Source: Octopus vulgaris (taxonomy: Eukaryota). Taken from it: a DNA stretch of 64,000 nt. This document shows, one piece after another, positions 40,575-56,872 of this stretch. How positions within the stretch are numbered: the first letter of the stretch is position 1; each line of letters begins with the position of its first letter. Made by a program: the position numbers and the translations under genes. The stretch spans positions 41,478,001 to 41,542,000 of the forward strand of contig OX597833.1 of the NCBI GenBank assembly GCA_951406725.2, read 5' to 3'. The notes beneath the pieces are model-generated. The model made no database searches and had not been told where the DNA came from. It saw only the letters and a program-made list of their open reading frames with translations.

Positions 40575-40721
40575 GTAACTTCACCGGTCATTCTAACTTT
40601 ATTCTAAATACTATTGCATCGGTTGTGAAACAAACAAAATACTGCTTCTATTATTATTACTAATAATTGTTTCCGGCATATTGCACATAGCCTGAAATTT
40701 GGGGAAGGAATTCGTTTATAT

Positions 40722-40889
40722 AGGCGCAGGAGTGGCTGTGTGGTAAGTAGCTTGCTAACCAACCACATGGTTCCGGGTTCAGTCCCACTGCGTGGCATCT
40801 TGGGCAAGTGTCTTCTACTATAGCCCCGGGCCGACCAATGCCTTGTAAGTGGATTTGGTAGACGGAAACTGAAAGAAGCCTGTCGTATT

Positions 40890-40942
<53 letters not shown>

Positions 40943-41155
40943 GGGGGGTTGTGTGTCTGTGTTTGTCTCCCTAGCATTGCTTGACAACCGATGCTGGTGT
41001 ATTTACGTCCCCGTCACTTAGCGGTTCGGCAAAAGAGACCGATAGAATAAGTACTGGGCTTACAAAGAATAAGTCCCGGGGTCGATTTGATCGACTAAAG
41101 GCGGTGCTCCAGCATGGCCGCAGTCAAATGACTGAAACAAGTAAAAGAATAAGAG
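40722..41155 (+). mobile_element. SINE family B, near consensus
   Basis: Full head ggcgcaggagtggctgtgtggtaag through the gtaaaagaataagag tail. Confidence 0.92.
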
Positions 41156-42290
41156 TATACGATCGACTAGTATTTAACTGGTATTTATCTTCTCAACATC
41201 AAAGAGATGGAGCGTCAACCTTGTTGAGGTATGAACTTAGAAAATAAAGGGCGGAAACTAAATTCTACAAGTCATTTAGTACGTTGCACTACCGATTATG
41301 ACATTAGACTACATTTACATAATTTATGTGTACTATGCCAGTCCACATTCTTTACAAAAAATGACTGACATCACAGCAAACGAGCCTACGAGGGCGTCCT
41401 ATACGTGGTCTCTTGTTTTGCTAGAAACAGCACTTGATACTCTCTAAAAAATCAAACTTTGCTGAAAGATAAGTAATAACCCTTTCTACTAAAGACACAA
41501 GGCTTGAAATTTTAGGGGAGGAGGAGACTAGTCAATTATTCGACCAAAGTGTTTCCCTGGTTCTTAATTTATCCACCCCGAAAGGGATGGAAGGCAAAGT
41601 CAACCTCGGTGACTTTCGTTGCTCTCCTGCTATGGGAAGTGGGTCAGGGGCATAGTAACTATAGTTGTTATTTAACCACAGGTCAGCGCCGATGTAGCAG
41701 ATCTGACGTTCTAACTGTGACCATTCTGTCTTTAATTCTGAAATTATTCTTCTTTCTCGCCCTTTTCAAGCCTTACCATGCTCATGGGCCCGGTTTCCCG
41801 GTTTCTGTGGCGTACGTGTTCCCACCAGCTGGACGGGATGCCAGTCCATCGCAGCGTTACTCAAGAAAGAGGAAGAGAGGGTGAGGGAAAGTTGGAGCGA
41901 AAGAGTACAATAGGGGTCGCCACCAAACCCCTGCCGGAGCCTCGTGGGGCTTTTAGGTGTTTTCGCTCAAAATTTTTTCGGCAGAATTTTAACTCAGAAC
42001 GTAAAGATGGACGAAATGCCGCAATGCATTTTGCCCGACGTGCTAACGATTCTGCCAGCTCGCCGCCTTGAAATAGAAGTAATAATGATGCATTATATGA
42101 TAGAATCCTTATTACACGATTTCTGAAAAAAAAAGGATTGGATGGTTACAACTGGAACGTTTTTGATCATAAGATCGGGGCTGTGGCTAGCCTGGTGGTA
42201 AACGACAACAAATATAACCACTAATACTAACTTTGTATACTATATACATTATATAATATAGTTATACTACACTATGTCAGAATTAAGTGG

Positions 42291-42575
42291 AGGCGCAATG
42301 GCCCAGTGGACTCGCGGTCGGAGGATCGCGGTTTCGATTCCCAGACCGGGCGTTGTGTGTGTTTATTGAGCGAAAACACGTAAAAGCTCCACGAGGCTCC
42401 GGCAGGGGTGGGGTGGCGACCCCTATTGTACTCTTTCGCTCCAACTTTCCCTCACTCTCTCTTCCTGTTTCTTGGGTAATACTGCGATGGACTGGCATCC
42501 TGTCCAGCTGGGGGGAACACATATGCCACAGAAACCGGGAAACTGGGCCATGAGCATGGCTAGGCTTGAAAAGAG
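42291..42575 (+). mobile_element. tRNA-derived SINE (family D)
   Basis: Head ggcgcaatggcccagtgg..ggtttcgattccc and tail gatggactggcatcctgtccag. Inverted copy at 41760-41970. Confidence 0.75.
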
Positions 42576-42685
42576 CGAGAAAGGAGAAGAATTTCAGAAT
42601 TAAAGACAGAATGGTCACAGTTAGAACGTCAGATCTGCTATATTGGCGCTGACCTGTGGTTAAATAACAACTATAGTTACTAATG

Positions 42686-42746
<61 letters not shown>

Positions 42747-44109
42747 CTTCAAGTTCGTTTATGGGTAATATTTTTAAGTAGCTCATGAAAAGCTCCTATG
42801 CTATTTTTTCCGGTTAACGCTCATTATTCCCATCTTCCATGGTAATTTCATGGCATAGTTAATTAGTCCGGTGCCGCTATAGCGTAGGATAAATAAAATA
42901 GTAACGAGAACCTTTAGATGGAAATTCATAAATATTTTAATGCATTGCTACGTACGCTACCACAAAGTACACATATATACAGTAGACTTCCACTAATCAG
43001 GCAACCTGTAATCCGGAAAAATCAGTAATCCGGCACTAATTCCCTTTAGAAAACTTTCAGAAAATTTCAAATTTCCCGGCTCGCCGCTACGATTTATTGG
43101 CGTTACTTGCTGCATAAACACACTCGCATCATTTGTAGACAAAGCAGGCCTTTTCTGTTTGTTTGTTTTTTTGTTTGTTTTTTTTTCATTTATTATACTT
43201 TTTTCAGTTTTCGCTCAAGCCATGGTTCCAAAGAGGGATTTTAACATTTCGAACCCAGCTCTTCGTCGGAAAGGAAAACAGAAAAGTCTAAAGAGGTGGG
43301 GGTAATCACCGGCAGCACATGTGTAGTTACATTGCTGATATATATGTATATTAATGTATTAATCATCAATGTCCTCTCACAAAACAACACTCAGTGTATT
43401 GAATATAAAGTTAACTTATATAATTGCAATCCCATAGACTTAAAATTGCTACAGTCAGTTTCAAACAGGTTGGAAAGAAACTCGACCTTCATGAAACTGG
43501 TTCGATAAGATCTGTAGATTTCGTCTTTTGTTACGAATAAAACAAATTATTCTCAACTTCTGTTAGTAGCATTCTCTGAGCATTTTTTAAACATATTTTA
43601 GCTATGAAAATTGCCATTAAGGAGCACTAGAACAACTCAGAACAGTTAACTCCTTTGTTTGTTTGGGGTTTTTATTAAAATTTTCGACAGACCTGACTTG
43701 ACTAGAGCAACTAAAAGTAAAAATTCTTTAAAAATAAAATCTTATCTCGTGAACCCGAAGACAGACTTTCATCGAACGCTTAATTTTTCTTTCCTCCGTT
43801 CTTTTCTTTCTATTTATAACTGAAGTGTGGCATATTTAGTGTTAATTGACCTTGTTTTTCAGTTCTCCCTTGTGTTTTAATTTTATTTGTACTTTACAAA
43901 CATTTATATATCTTAAGCATGCTTTACATGTCTTGCATTCCATTTCCAAAATTCCACTTAAACACACACACACACACACACACACACACTTACATATATA
44001 TATATATATATACTTAAATCTTTTTGATATGACTCTATATTGTTTTTCTTCCCCCATCGTTTTCTCTCTCATCCTTTCTCTACTTCGCTTTTTTTCCCCT
44101 TCACTGTTT

Positions 44110-44183
<74 letters not shown>

Positions 44184-44966
44184 CTCTCTTTCTCCAGTTC
44201 TCTCTCGTTGTTCACACGTAACCATCGTCCATATTTCTTTTCCTCACGTGATCATCTTTCTTTTCTTTTAGGACTGTCCTAAGGACTGGACGTATCCTAT
44301 CTCTGTCACCTATCTTTTCTCTTACCAAAGAAAATATTTCTCCAGCGTTCGCTATTTTACCCTCGATCTGGTCTAATGACCCTCCATGTTTGTTTTCGTT
44401 CGGTTTCCCTGTATGTCTCCACTGTCCTGTTTTTGTTCTCAACTTTGACTCTCCATAAATCCAAAATTTTATTTTGGTATTTATGGGAGCATAAAGACTC
44501 ATATTGTCGTTCAATGCTCGAAATAAGGAGTCGATAGACAGCCGACAACTGATGAAGGGTCGTTCTTTATATTACGTGTCCTGTTTTCCATTTATGTTTC
44601 TTGTTGTTTACGTATTGAACTCATTTATTTTCGTATTTCATGTTGTTTACTGCTGGTGACGTCCTGTACCCATATATGCGCGTGTATATATATATATATA
44701 TATATATATTTATTATATACATATATATATATTATTATTATATACATATATATATTATTATTATATACATATATATATATTATTATATACATATATATAT
44801 ATATTATTTATTATTATTATATATATATATACATACATACATAAAACTGTCAAAATGCTACTTTTAAAATACCACCTGCCTGTGCGCGCGCACGCACACA
44901 CACATACACACACATACATACGTACATACATACACACACATACGTACATACATACATGCATGCATG

Positions 44967-45007
<41 letters not shown>

Positions 45008-45030
45008 ATTCCTTATGTATTCAACAACAG

Positions 45031-45318
45031 GCCTTGAAATGCGCACACACAGTGGTTCCATCCCGGGTTACGAATCGATGATGTCAATTCTGCCTGATCA
45101 GAAAGTGGGTGTTTTCCTCACCATGACTGGTATAGGAGGCAGCAAAGCTACTGTTATCAAATCACTCTTCAATATGTTTGTCCTTGATCTCCTCCTGGGA
45201 AAGCCTGCACGGATTGACTACACCAACGTCTGTCTTATGCTCGATGATTTAGTGGCTCATCTGGAGCGGCAATCTTATCAAAGCCGACCCAACTTTAAAC
45301 CACGTATCTGGAAAGGAG
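45031..45318 (+). CDS. Beta-lactamase/PBP-family protein, exon D (phase 1-1)
   Basis: cag acceptor, gtaact donor. HSGSIPGYESMMSILPDQKVGVFLTMT contains motif III H-S-G. Confidence 0.93.
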
Positions 45319-45391
45319 GTAACTATTCAAAATACCTTTTTTTATTATTTTATCTGAGATACGCTATAAATGTAATCACATTTTTCGTGTA

Positions 45392-45913
45392 CCGCAAATC
45401 CTCGAATATAATCCGCATTTTTTCCCCAAAATTTAAAGGTCAAAATCTTTAGTGCGTACTATATACGAGATTAAAAATGAAAAATATTTTCTAAGCAATG
45501 CTTGAGCCTCTATTTGCTGTCCGGCAATGCTTATTCAGACGCATTTTGTGATGTCGGGCGCGAAAATACCTTAAGCTAAGCGTGAAAGCAATGAAGTCAT
45601 AATATAATCATCCATAACTTGCAGTGGGCAACATTTATTAAAATAAAAGTATTCAGAACACAGAATAACATGTAACAGAAGCAATTTGCAAACATATTTA
45701 CATTCCCATATAACAGTTAAGAACATCATCATTATTGTATTACGCATGCGCGGAAGTGTTTGTTCGACTAGGTGCTGCTGGCTTAATTACGCATGACTCA
45801 AGTTAGAGAAGGGGTACGTATTATACACAAGGTTTAGGTTTTTCAGTGGTACAACCTCCTAAAAATCCCCGGCATATTATACTCAAGGGCGGACTATACT
45901 CGAGGATTTGCGG
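45392..45913. mobile_element. Tc1/pogo-type MITE, same family as 30920-31432
   Basis: TA-ccgcaaatcctcgaatata..tatactcgaggatttgcgg-TA. Confidence 0.9.
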
Positions 45914-45982
45914 TAATTTGTATGTAACACTACACATACTTCGGTTCCATTTTTCGGTCGTGTTGGGTCGCTTATATGCACA

Positions 45983-46016
<34 letters not shown>

Positions 46017-46075
46017 ACACACACACATACACACACACACATACACGCACGCAAACACACATACATGTGTGTATG

Positions 46076-46156
<81 letters not shown>

Positions 46157-46447
46157 TGGGGGAGAGTCAACAGATGAGATACAGGGATTCTCAATATAAA
46201 AAATACATTGCAGCGCTCAAATGATTTGCACTTACACTCCGAAACCTTTACCAAAGACCAAGTTCGAGAGATAATTAGTGGCTGTAAAAGGAATCCAGGT
46301 GAGCAGACATGGAGATGCAAATAAACTAGTTAAATGAAGGTTACATTGTCGTGAAGGTAACTCAAGTTACCTCACCGGAGATGTAATTACATCCATCCAT
46401 ACATACATAGATGTAGTTACATAGTTACAAACATAGTTACATAGATG

Positions 46448-46497
<50 letters not shown>

Positions 46498-47539
46498 CAT
46501 ACATACATACATACATACATACATACATACATACATACATACATACATACACACATACATACATACATAATGGCTGCAACCTTGTATTCGAATATTGCCT
46601 TCGCCTGATCGAAAGTCCTACATGTGCAAAGGCTACGACCAGCCATTTTTGTGATTGGTCTCGCTTTTTTTCCAAACGATTCCTGTGCATGATTTTTTTT
46701 TTATATGCCAGGTCGATCTTGGGCACTACTGGTAACATGTAACCCAGTACAACCTGTTGCATGGTCGAGTCGTCGGTGACTAAACTGGGAACCTCATCAA
46801 ACTTTTTTGGTGAGGAGGGTGATTGTTGGACACCCTGCAGGACGAAAAACAAGACTTGTCAAAGGACGGAAGAGCTCATGAGCAGTCAACAGCCATCCAA
46901 CAATGTGTACATGTGTGTGTATGCATATATGTATGCGCGTGGACGTGGAAATACCTGGGTTGGTGTCCAGGTACGCGGTTGGCCCACTGGGAGCGGGAGG
47001 CCCTTCTATTGTTGTCACAACATCTCTCTAGGAGAGGGAAACTGAGAGATAACCTACGACATTGCTAATATTCGATGATGTAGACTAGCTCTTCGTTTCA
47101 AGTTTATATTGTTCATGTTCAGAGAGTGGAATTGGATTTGTGCAAATCCTTTCCCCCCAATAAAAATAAAATCAGATACATCCTTACATACATACATACA
47201 TACATATTAGCGATGAAATCGGTATTTGTTCAGAATAGTGATGTGCATATATTACTTAACGTGGATATATTGTAAGAAAGCAACATTGCTGCAGTATTCA
47301 CCTTGAGAAGGTTTCTCGTATAGACCTATAGTGCTAAAAAGCTCAGAAGTATCTGTAGCAGACGAAAAGCGTCCGACGTTTATCATCAGCTAACTGAATG
47401 TGGTTTTTATTACAGTATATCCAAGATATACAGACTTCCATACATACATACATACATACATACATACATACATACATACATACATACATACATACATACA
47501 TACATACATACATACATACATACATACATACATACATAC

Positions 47540-48036
47540 ATTATGGCTGCCCCCTCGTTATCGAGTATGGCCATTGCACGAAGCTTAACTGTTACTGGTG
47601 CTGTGATCGAATGTGACATTTTAGCCCAGCCAAAGATCTACAATGTCTTGTACAGAATTGGCAACTAAAACCTTTACCGGTAATAGCCGGCTGTAGTTGT
47701 AACTGGGCTTCATGTACCTTTGCATGTCGTTTAAGTCCTCCTGCCGAATTACACTCTTCCACATGCCCGACAGATATGATTACTATGGTGTATTACACCA
47801 CCACCAGTGGCCAGGTTGTCACTCATCTGTCTCGCTTTATGACTACGAAGATGACTCTTGAGTCCAGCTTTACTGAGGCAGGGTCTTGCACAGACACTGC
47901 ATGTCAGCATCAAAGGAAGACCCTTCCCATCTGAAAGTGTAACAGCGATGCCCTTCCTGACATCCCTCCTTACTTCCTCATGTGCAACTCGAGATTTCTC
48001 AAAAGTGGCTGTCCCCTCGTGCACAATCCTTCTCAA
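47540..48036 (-). mobile_element. RTE/BovB-like LINE 3' end with C2H2 finger, in (CATA)n
   Basis: WR..VHEG..TFE-type segment plus CSVCARPCLSKAGLKSHLRSH; (TATG)n tail. Confidence 0.75.
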
Positions 48037-48072
48037 TACATACATACATACATACATACATACATACATACA

Positions 48073-48103
<31 letters not shown>

Positions 48104-48839
48104 CATGAATTCTCCCGTCGTTAGACGAAGCATGAGGGTTCTACAATTTCTTGCTAAAACACCACAAACATGATTTATTTGCAGTGGTCAAATGTTTGTG
48201 CTCGCACAAGCTCACTCACTCCATCAAATCGACATCACCTGTACAGGTGAACGATGTGCCACATGTCAGATGACGAAGTGATCGCAGACTCAATTCGTAC
48301 TTATTTTGTCAACCCTGAAAGATGAAAGGCAAAGTCGACCTCGGCAGAATTTACATTCGGAACTAAAAGACGGACCAAATGCCACTGAGCATTTGGCCCG
48401 GTGTACTTAACGGTTCTCGACGCCTATTATGAGTATATATTAACACCAAATAAAAGGAGACAGTTGACCTTTAAGCTATTAACTCAGTTATAAAACTGTT
48501 TGGTTAGCTGTTGTTCTATTAAACAGCGTAATGTAAGTTTGATTACCCTTCCGACGCTTCATACATTTAACTTATCTTTCGACCCAACTTTGCCTGCCGG
48601 AGTCCTATGACGCTTTTTGAGTCAGGAACATGTGCCCACAACGGTCTTGTGTCTCCAGATAATCGGTTGATCTTTTCGTAAATGGCATATCTATTGCAAA
48701 GATTTCTCGATTCTTGAACTTATTTCCCACTTCAATTGCCGCCAAGCATTTAGTTTACCTCCTTTCGAAGTTAACATAATTATTATCAAGAATTATTTTG
48801 TATGGTATTTGGTATACCTTTATCCCTTTTTGCTTGGTG

Positions 48840-49950
<1,111 letters not shown>

Positions 49951-50076
49951 CTTAATAATAATAGGTATTATGATAATATAAATCATATATTAAATAATGG
50001 AATAAAAAATAAAAATATGATTAAATTTAATTCAATTTATGATGATAATAAATTTAATAATATTACAAAGAAATAT

Positions 50077-50126
<50 letters not shown>

Positions 50127-50179
50127 TATAAAAAATAAGAATAAAATATTTTGGGGTTCAGGTAAAAACAAATATTATT

Positions 50180-50810
50180 AAAGAGATTTTAAATATAACT
50201 GAAATGTTCATCAGGGATCATAAAAAAATATTATAACATTTTTTCTAGTAATAATTTTGGAGTTGGATATTCTACTAATAATAATGTTGGTGATATCATT
50301 TCTTTATTTAATAAATTTAAATTGAATAAGTTTTACAAAAATAAATTAAATAATGATTCCAATCATAATAAAGACCCTGATATAATTTATTGTACGTGTA
50401 GAGATAAGACTACTTGTAAATTTAATAATAAATGTAATTTGTATGATATAGTTTATAAATGTATAGTAACTTTAATTGATGATAATAATATGAATGATTA
50501 TAATTTAAACGCGATCTACATAGAGTCAACTTCTAATAAAATTAAATTAAGGGTGGCTCAACACATGTATTCTTTTAGGAATAGAAATTTAATTAATTCT
50601 ACAGGCCTTAGTAAATATATTTGGGAACTTTAATCTAAATGTAGTAAATATAAAATAACTTGGGAGATCATTTGTAAGGCAAAATCTTATCGTATAGGTA
50701 GTCATTCTTGTTTGTTGTGTACTAATGAATTTAAGGAAATATTATTCAATAATAATAAAATAATGGTTAAATTCATAGATGAGCGAAAAATTAAATGCAA
50801 ACATAAATTA
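50180..50810 (+). mobile_element. Very AT-rich Penelope GIY-YIG endonuclease fragment
   Basis: CTCRDKTTCKFNNKC..IVYKC..IYIEST..KLRVAQHMYSFRN..TGLSKYIWEL*..ITWEIICKAKSY..CLLCTNE. Confidence 0.85.
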
Positions 50811-51734
50811 CATATATAAAAAGTTTAGCTAATTTTTCCGTATATATAAAACCCTATTTTATGTTACTACTTTGCTGTACATATAATTTATTGTAGTATT
50901 AGTGTATGAATTAGCATGATATTATATGTTGTATATTACATTATTTGAATACGTTTAAACTTGGAAGTTTCTTAAATAAATAAATGAATATATAAATTAA
51001 TGAATATCTAATAATTACAGTAATATAAATATATTTAACTATATTATGTATATTTTACGTATTTTAGTATTAATTATTTGGACTTTAAATATTCCAGTAA
51101 ATAGTAATTTATAGTTTTGTTTTTTATCCTCTTATTCTCTGATTCTAGAAGCTTAAATATCTTTCGTCATTTTCATTAATATAATACATACTTCTATATA
51201 TTTATTCTATTTCTTTTTAAAACAATATTGCTGAATTTTGTTTGATTGTTATTGTAAAAATATTGATCTCTATATTGTTATTTGTTAATTAAAGTTACGA
51301 TACGTATATTTATTTACATATACACACACACACACAAATATTTATACATTTATACGTATATATATACAGGCACACAGGCAATCCCACATACACACACACA
51401 TATATATACACCCTCCCATCATTGACCTACACCCGCACATATACAAGCATATGCATATCCATATAAGTGAAGGGGCGTGTGCATGAAAATTGCACTTATT
51501 CACCGGACACAGTCTTACACTCATATACATACATACATACACAAATACACACACATACACATATACATATAATATATATACATACATATACGTATACACA
51601 CACACACAATTGAAAAGGAAAAAATGAAAAAATATATATAAAAACTTTAAAATTAATGGAAGTTAAAACATGGGAAAGTTTGTACAGGTACATAGTAGAA
51701 ATAAGGATTCTAGTCGTGATCTTGGGCGGGGGAC

Positions 51735-52975
51735 AAAACCGTAACAGGTATTTTGTGACACGTAGATATGATCCAACGAGTTAAGTTCTTGAATTTAAAC
51801 GTGTAGTAGGGTCTAAGGAACTTTTCCAGATGAGCCATCTTTCCATATTACAAAGACCGCACTTGCCATTACCGTTGGTATAAGGTTTACACTTGGTTAA
51901 GATCTTCCAATAAATCCTGTAGTTGACGCTTTGTTCTTTTAAGAACCATATATAAATGTATAATTCGGTAGTCTTCCGTTTATTCCAGTGTCTGAAGCTT
52001 AAGATGTGAGTGTTGAATGTTGCTTTGAAATTTCCTTTTGTGAGACCCACATATCTCTTGGATGAAACTGCATTATTAGCATTCATGGAATTTACAGTGG
52101 CTTCATAAATAATGGCCTCGGTTATAGAGGCTCCATTTAGTGGGCACAGGTCCTTATCCCTGCAGGAACAGCCGGTTTTGTGGTGTTGTGTTGTATTGTG
52201 CGTAATTATGCCTTTAATGTTTGGGGTGAATCTAAAACTAATTTTTAGGTTATGCCTATTAAAAAGTTTCATATATTTGTGATACATTGGAAAATGTCTC
52301 TCTACAAGAAATATTTACCTATATTAAGGATTACATCAGGGGAGTAATGGAGTGTGAACCAGATAATTTTCCTCTGTCTATGTTTCCTTTTCTTTATTTC
52401 TGGTCTAAAAGTAGGGGTGTAAGCTATTTCCTCTTTAAATCCACTAGCTTTAAGGGCATTGTTATATAGTGGAGGAGCATTATTAAATATGTTTATATTG
52501 GAGGAGAGGCTAGAATACTCCTACTAATATTCTTAACTAAATTCTTAAACACTATGGGGGTTGGGCAGGAACCTACATTAATATAACTTAAGTCTATCGT
52601 TGGGCTTCCTATGGAGCTTGCAAATATTCTTTTGTAAATCTAGAGATACGCCAAGGAAATTGACAACCGTCAGGTTGGTATCTATTGTTATGCTAAGAAC
52701 GAATGTTTTCATAAGATGAATAATATCCTTCCTTAACCGATCTTGCGCTGGTCCATTGGTATTCTTAGTTAAAGCTATAAATAGCGAAATATACACCAGG
52801 AAAAGCTTTTCCTAACGTATCAAGCAGGAATAACCCAATGAGATCGCTTATTCCTGCTCCATCATATGACCCCATGCTCACATCGTATGAACAAAACATC
52901 CATGTTTCCATATGTGAATTATTCAAATCCCAAAAAATTTCTCTCAAATCATGGTTATGATGCTCCCCCACTACT
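51735..52975 (-). mobile_element. Penelope-like element (RT C-half plus GIY-YIG), pseudogenised
   Basis: DVSMGSYDGAGISDLIG, VVNFLGVSLDL, CSCRDKDLCPLNG, RYVGLT, IYWKILTKCKPY..CGLC..E. Confidence 0.92.
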
Positions 52976-55039
52976 TCTACTCGTGATCAGAGGTGCACAT
53001 ATCGTCAGCCAGTAAGGGACATGCTCAACTGGTTAAGGTCAAACAACTGACAAGCAAATCTGTTATATTGAGCAGAACATTTGCTGTAGCCCATCTTTTA
53101 TACCAAGATAAAACATACACCGCCGATAGTTGTTGTTTGAAACAACGGCAGTAATTTTCAACCGAATACACGTCATTGATTGGTTGAAATTACCGAAATA
53201 CGACATCTTTAACAAGAAATAACTTCCAAAATACAGAATTTTCTCAACAACGCCAAGAGTAAAAGATGCTTTATGTCATACATTCTACAAGTATACGAAG
53301 TATGAAAGTGGTTAGTTACAAAAAATTATTTTTTAAATCTGTCAGTCAAAAGGTAAAGATCCGCTACAAACTTCAACAACTTTTCCGTAATCGATAAAAA
53401 TAAATCAATAAGTACTAGTCGAGTCTTGGTGCTAATTAAGTCGACTCAACTCTTCCTGCTCACTTAATGTGTGGTCTAACGCTTTTGCCAACTATCAGCA
53501 TTATTATAGAACAACAATAGTGACTAAGATCTTTGTAAATATAACGAATGCGTCTATATTATTATATTGTCTAACATCGAATTTGGGTCATAAGAAACAG
53601 GAAAAGAGAAGGATAAATTTCTGTTTTCGCGCCGTCTGAATATCAGAACAGCATGTGTAAATATTCAAATCCAAAAGGTTGGGTGTGTCGATATGATATA
53701 ATATATTGTCGCATGCTCTGTTTTTGTTGTGCGATGCTAGCATTGAACGCTTTGACATTATCGAGGAAGTTAAAGAGCTGAGCTCTTCTTACTCACCTCG
53801 TACTTTGTAAGCTATCATGTTTAAAAAAGAATCGTTTCAGAGGGAAATAATAAACAGCACCGGCGGAGGTAGTGGTTTTGATGTCGGTAATGGTGATGAT
53901 GGGAAAATATTTGTAGTAATGGAGAGAAGGTGGTAGTGATGGAAGTGGTTGTGGTGGTGGTGAGAGTGGGACGATGGTGATACTCACAAAAGCGAAATTT
54001 AATGCGTTGGCTAAGCTATTGAAATCATCTACGTATGTGTCTGTGTCTGCATGCAGTTGTCTGTGTATGTCCCTCTGCGTGTATTTCTGCGTGTGTGTAC
54101 CAGTTTGCCTTTTAACAACGAGTCAGTCAAGGGTGTTACCCACACACTCGCAAAGGTCAGGTGGTAACCATTTCATCTGGCTAACACCTAAACGCTTTCG
54201 AAAGTCACTCTGCGTCGTCAACGTTGCCTCGTTGTCGATGTTATTTCTACGGTTTCTGAAATCCTGGGGCTATTCACAAGTGGATTTCATAAGTGTGAAG
54301 AAAGAGTCCTGGGTTCTATTTCCGACAGTACTTAGTCTTTAAAGCCCCAGTATCCATGCCTCACTTACGAGAGAAAATGACGGGAAGCCTGTCTAACTGA
54401 AGAAAAATGACAATACCGTAATTTGCTGAGGCCCACATTGACATGAATGCATCTAGGGTCAGGTCGCTTTCGAGCGCTACTGGTAACATGTAACCCAGTA
54501 CAACTTATATGCTCGAGCCATCGGCGATTAAACCGATAACCCCCACCAAGCTTGCTTACTGAGGAAGGGACAAAAAACAAAACCTATCAAAGGGTGGAGT
54601 AACTCAAGAAAGTCAAAGGCCATCCCATAACGTGTTAAGATGCGTGGCCAAGTGGTTAGGGTGTTGCACTTACAATCTAGAGATCATGATTTCGATTCCC
54701 AGATCGGTTGTGCGTTGTTTTCTTAAAGCAAAACTCTTCATATCACGTTGCTCCCGTTCACTTAGCTGTAAATGGGTAACCTTGTGACGGATTAGCGTAC
54801 AAAGGTGAGATGGTGACTCAGGAAAATCACCTGAACGGAGGTTTCACGAGCCACATTTTATATTCAGCGATCGAACTGTACTGTGAATCCTGACTTGTTG
54901 GGATTGGTTGTTCAACCAAGTTGAAGATGAATCTAAGAATATATTATATAATGTGTGTGTCCTTCCTTATTGGCTCATATTAATTACAGTATAATTATTG
55001 TTTCACTCTAAATCAGCCTTGAACCGACAGACTGATAAA

Positions 55040-55700
55040 GTCGTTCCATAACAGCTGCTCAGCAGAGAAGAAACCTCAGCTGCTTGATAAATGTGAAGAA
55101 AACTGAATGCGTGTCTTTCAACTTATCAAGTGATGTTAAACTGTTTGCATTGCACGGTTCCAAATTGAATGTTGCTGAAGTACTTAGGTAGTTGGGTGGG
55201 CAGTTCGGAAGTAGACATCAAGATCAAGAAGACACAAGCATGGACAGCCTGTCACAAACTAAAGAAGATCTAGAATTCCACATTGCCCAGGCAAATCAAA
55301 ATCAAGCTGTTCGTTGCAACTGTCAAATCAGTGCTATTGTATGGCAGCAGTGAAACATGAACACTGACAAATTATCAGACAGGCTAAATGGGTGCTACGA
55401 ATGGCCCTAAATGTGAAATGGCAGCAACATATGACAAATGAGTGCCCTTAGGGAGACCTACTGAAAGTTAGCAAGAAGATCAAGCAAAGACAGCTTAGAC
55501 AACCTGGTCACTGCGTGCCCTCCCACCCTCAGCTGCAATCATCCAAATTAGTTTTGTGGAACCCACTTCATGATAATGTAAGAAGGGGAAACCGTCACAC
55601 TTACATCGACAACTTGATTGCAGACACTGGCCTGGAATGTATCCAGAACCTCGAAGTAGTGATGATGGACCGAGAAGTGTGGCGGGGGGACTTTGATATT
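55040..55700 (+). mobile_element. RTE-clade LINE fragment
   Basis: INVKKTEC, KYL, IKIKLFVATVKSVLLYG, MALNVKWQQHMTN, SKLVLWNP..TYIDNLIADTGL. Confidence 0.85.
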
Positions 55701-55829
55701 GTATTATTGTGCGTACGTAGGTTTAAAATTAGACTTACAATTAACATTTCTGATCTTTAATTAACTCCACCCACCACTTTTATTTCTAAAAAAATAATAC
55801 CGACTACCACCGTGACGTTATTTCTTTGA

Positions 55830-56172
55830 TAATGCTTAGCGGTATTTCGTCTGCCGCTACATTCTGAGTTCAAATTCCGCCGAGGTCGACTTTGCCTTTC
55901 ATCCTTTCGAGGTCGATAAATTAAGTACCAGTTACGCACTGGGATCGATATAATCGACTTAATCCGTTTGTCCCCTCTATGTTTAGCCCCTTGTGGGTAG
56001 TAAAGAAATAGGTATTTCGTCTGTCTTTATGTTCTGAGTACAAATTCCGCCAAGTTCGACTTAGTCTTTCATCCTTTCAGGGTCGATAAAACAAGTACCA
56101 GTTGCGTAATGGAGTCGATCTAATCGCCTGGTCCCCTCCCCAAAAATTTCGGGCCTTGTGCCTAGAGTAGAA
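55830..56172 (+). mobile_element. SINE family A dimer
   Basis: Two cores joined at aaagaaata|ggtatttcgtc. Confidence 0.88.
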
Positions 56173-56872
56173 AAAACCTTTCACCAACCCCAAAAATACC
56201 GATTGATTGTTTAACCAACAAGTTAAACGATCGATTAGTTGGTTGGATAAATATTTAACGAATTGGCAAATAATAAAGGGCTACAATTGAACAAGTGCGC
56301 GTGTTATTAATATTGGCGTAATGATTCTCCCTGGACACAGCAAAATTATAAATATTTTTGCTTTTTGGGTGGGGTGTAGCTATGTGCAGAGACGTGGCTG
56401 TGGGTTTAAGTTCACTTTGTAACCACGCAGTTTCGGGTTCAATGCACAGTGCGGCACTTAGAGCAAGCGTCTTCTAGCCCCGGTCAGATTAGTTACCTTG
56501 TGAGTGAATAAACGGAAACTTTGGAATTCTGTTGTGTGGGTTTATCTCCCACCATCACTTGACAACCGGTGTTGGTTTGTTTACGTTTCAAAAGAGACCT
56601 ATCAGACTTTCAAACAAAATAATTACTGGGATCAGTTTGTTCGACTAAACCCTTCAAGGAGGTGACCCAGCATGGTCGCAGTCGAATAAATGAAACAAGT
56701 AGAAAGATACAAAACTCTTGGTAGGTCCTGAATTTGGGTTCTAGAATGTTCTTTTAGAATAAGTATTTTTATTTAAGTGAACGTGGTTTAGTACTAAACC
56801 AACAAAAAATTCAAGATTGCATGAATGAAATAACATTTTACTTATTTATATTTGTTTTATTTCTATTGCCAG

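Noticed and set aside
44480-44532. Hammerhead-like GAGCAU..AUGCUC-GAAA
   Set aside because: The upstream core reads UUUAUGG and helices I and III do not form; at best a dead relic.
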